A program made the position numbers and the translations under genes. This document shows, in pieces, positions 62,984 through 64,000 of a DNA stretch of 64,000 nucleotides. The DNA comes from Mobula hypostoma (Eukaryota). Where the stretch lies: assembly GCF_963921235.1 (NCBI RefSeq), contig NC_086101.1:12400001-12464000 (forward strand), written 5' to 3'. The number at the start of each line of letters is the position of its first letter. Positions within the stretch are counted from its first letter, which is position 1. The notes beneath the pieces are model-generated. The model worked only from the letters and a program-made list of their open reading frames with translations, did no database searches and was not told the origin of the DNA.

Positions 62984-64000
62984 ATGTCTGCATCAACGGG
63001 GACAGCCATCGGTATCGACCTGGGCACCACCTACTCCTGTGTTGGTGTCTTCCAGCATGGCAAGGTGGAGATCATCGCCAATGACCAGGGCAACCGCACC
63101 ACCCCCAGCTATGTGGCCTTCAACGACACCGAGAGGCTCATCGGTGATGCAGCCAAGAACCAGGTGGCAATGAACTCCACCAATACCATCTTTAATGCCA
63201 AGCGGCTTATTGGGAGGAGGTCTGATGACCCGACGGTGCAGTCCGACATGAAGCACTGGCCCTTCCAGGTGGTGAGTGATGTGGGGAAGCCAAAGGTGAA
63301 GGTGGAGTACAAGGGGGAGAACAAGACCTTTTACCCAGAGGAAATCTCCTCCAAGGTGCTGACCAAGATGAAGAAATTTGCTGAGGCTTACCTTGGCTAC
63401 AATGTCACCAACGCTGTCATCACCGTTCCTGCTTACTTCAATGACTCCCAATGCCAGGCAACCAAAGATGCTGGTGTGATAGCTGGTCTCAATGTCCTGC
63501 GTGTCATCAATGAGCCAACAGCAGCTGCCATTGCCTATGGTCTGGACAAGAAAGGCAAAGGGGAGCGTAATGTTCTCATCTTTGACCTGGGTGGTGGCAC
63601 CTTCGATGTGTCCATTCTCTCCATCGATGACGGTATCTTTGAAGTGAAATCAACAGCTGGAGATACCCACCTGGGAGGACAGGACTTTGACAACCACATG
63701 GTCAATCACTTCATTGAGGAGTTCAAGCGGAAATACAAGAAAGACATCAGCCAGAACAAGAGAGCGGTGAGGAGGCTGCGGACGGCCTGTGAAAGAGCAA
63801 AGAGAACGCTGTCTTCCGGCACCCAAGCCAGTATTGAGACTGACTCTCTGTTTGAGGGAGTTGATTTCTACACCTCAATCACCAGGGCTCGCTTTGAGGA
63901 GCTGAACTCTGACCTGTTCAGGGGCACTCTGGAGCCAGTGGAGAAAGCCCTGAGAGATGCCAAGCTGGACAAACCCCAGATCCATGAAATTGTCCTGGTC
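62984..64000 (+). CDS. hsp70: HSP70 copy D, 5' part (339 codons, runs off window); open frame with many radical substitutions, possible pseudogene
   Basis: ATG at 62984, [18 protein letters not shown]...EIVLV with no stop or frameshift. Missing from the ORF track, probably because no stop lies in the window. Confidence 0.9.
   Translation, partial: MSASTGTAIGIDLGTTYSCVGVFQHGKVEIIANDQGNRTTPSYVAFNDTERLIGDAAKNQVAMNSTNTIFNAKRLIGRRSDDPTVQSDMKHWPFQVVSDVGKPKVKVEYKGENKTFYPEEISSKVLTKMKKFAEAYLGYNVTNAVITVPAYFNDSQCQATKDAGVIAGLNVLRVINEPTAAAIAYGLDKKGKGERNVLIFDLGGGTFDVSILSIDDGIFEVKSTAGDTHLGGQDFDNHMVNHFIEEFKRKYKKDISQNKRAVRRLRTACERAKRTLSSGTQASIETDSLFEGVDFYTSITRARFEELNSDLFRGTLEPVEKALRDAKLDKPQIHEIVLV

Overview
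Vertebrate genomic DNA, most likely a cartilaginous fish (ray or shark). That assignment is inferred from the CR1/Penelope/Rex1/Tx1 repeat content and is not proven. The window holds a cluster of four intronless, heat-shock-element-driven HSP70 genes: A 8914-10836 (-), B 32723-34645 (-), C 50781-52703 (+), and D from 62984 to the window end (+, decaying). They belong to a repeated ~12 kb cassette in which each HSP70 lies tail-to-tail with a U1 snRNA locus. Three cassette copies are in tandem on the left (~0.7-36.6 kb) and an inverted array lies on the right (~50.2-64 kb), separated by a CR1-rich spacer. Only one U1 coding sequence is intact (17107-17270). Two others are interrupted by a Tx1-clade non-LTR retrotransposon whose poly(A) end abuts U1 nt 40 in both, with U1 nt 40-65 duplicated at the left-arm copy. 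The fourth U1 is deleted, with a Tx1 3' end at the junction. The spacer also contains a CCAAT/YY1-rich promoter with two apparently non-coding exons facing away from HSP70-C. The remainder is layered transposon debris (CR1, L1, Rex1, Penelope, hAT, Tc1, LTR). All alignments and identity judgements were made by eye.
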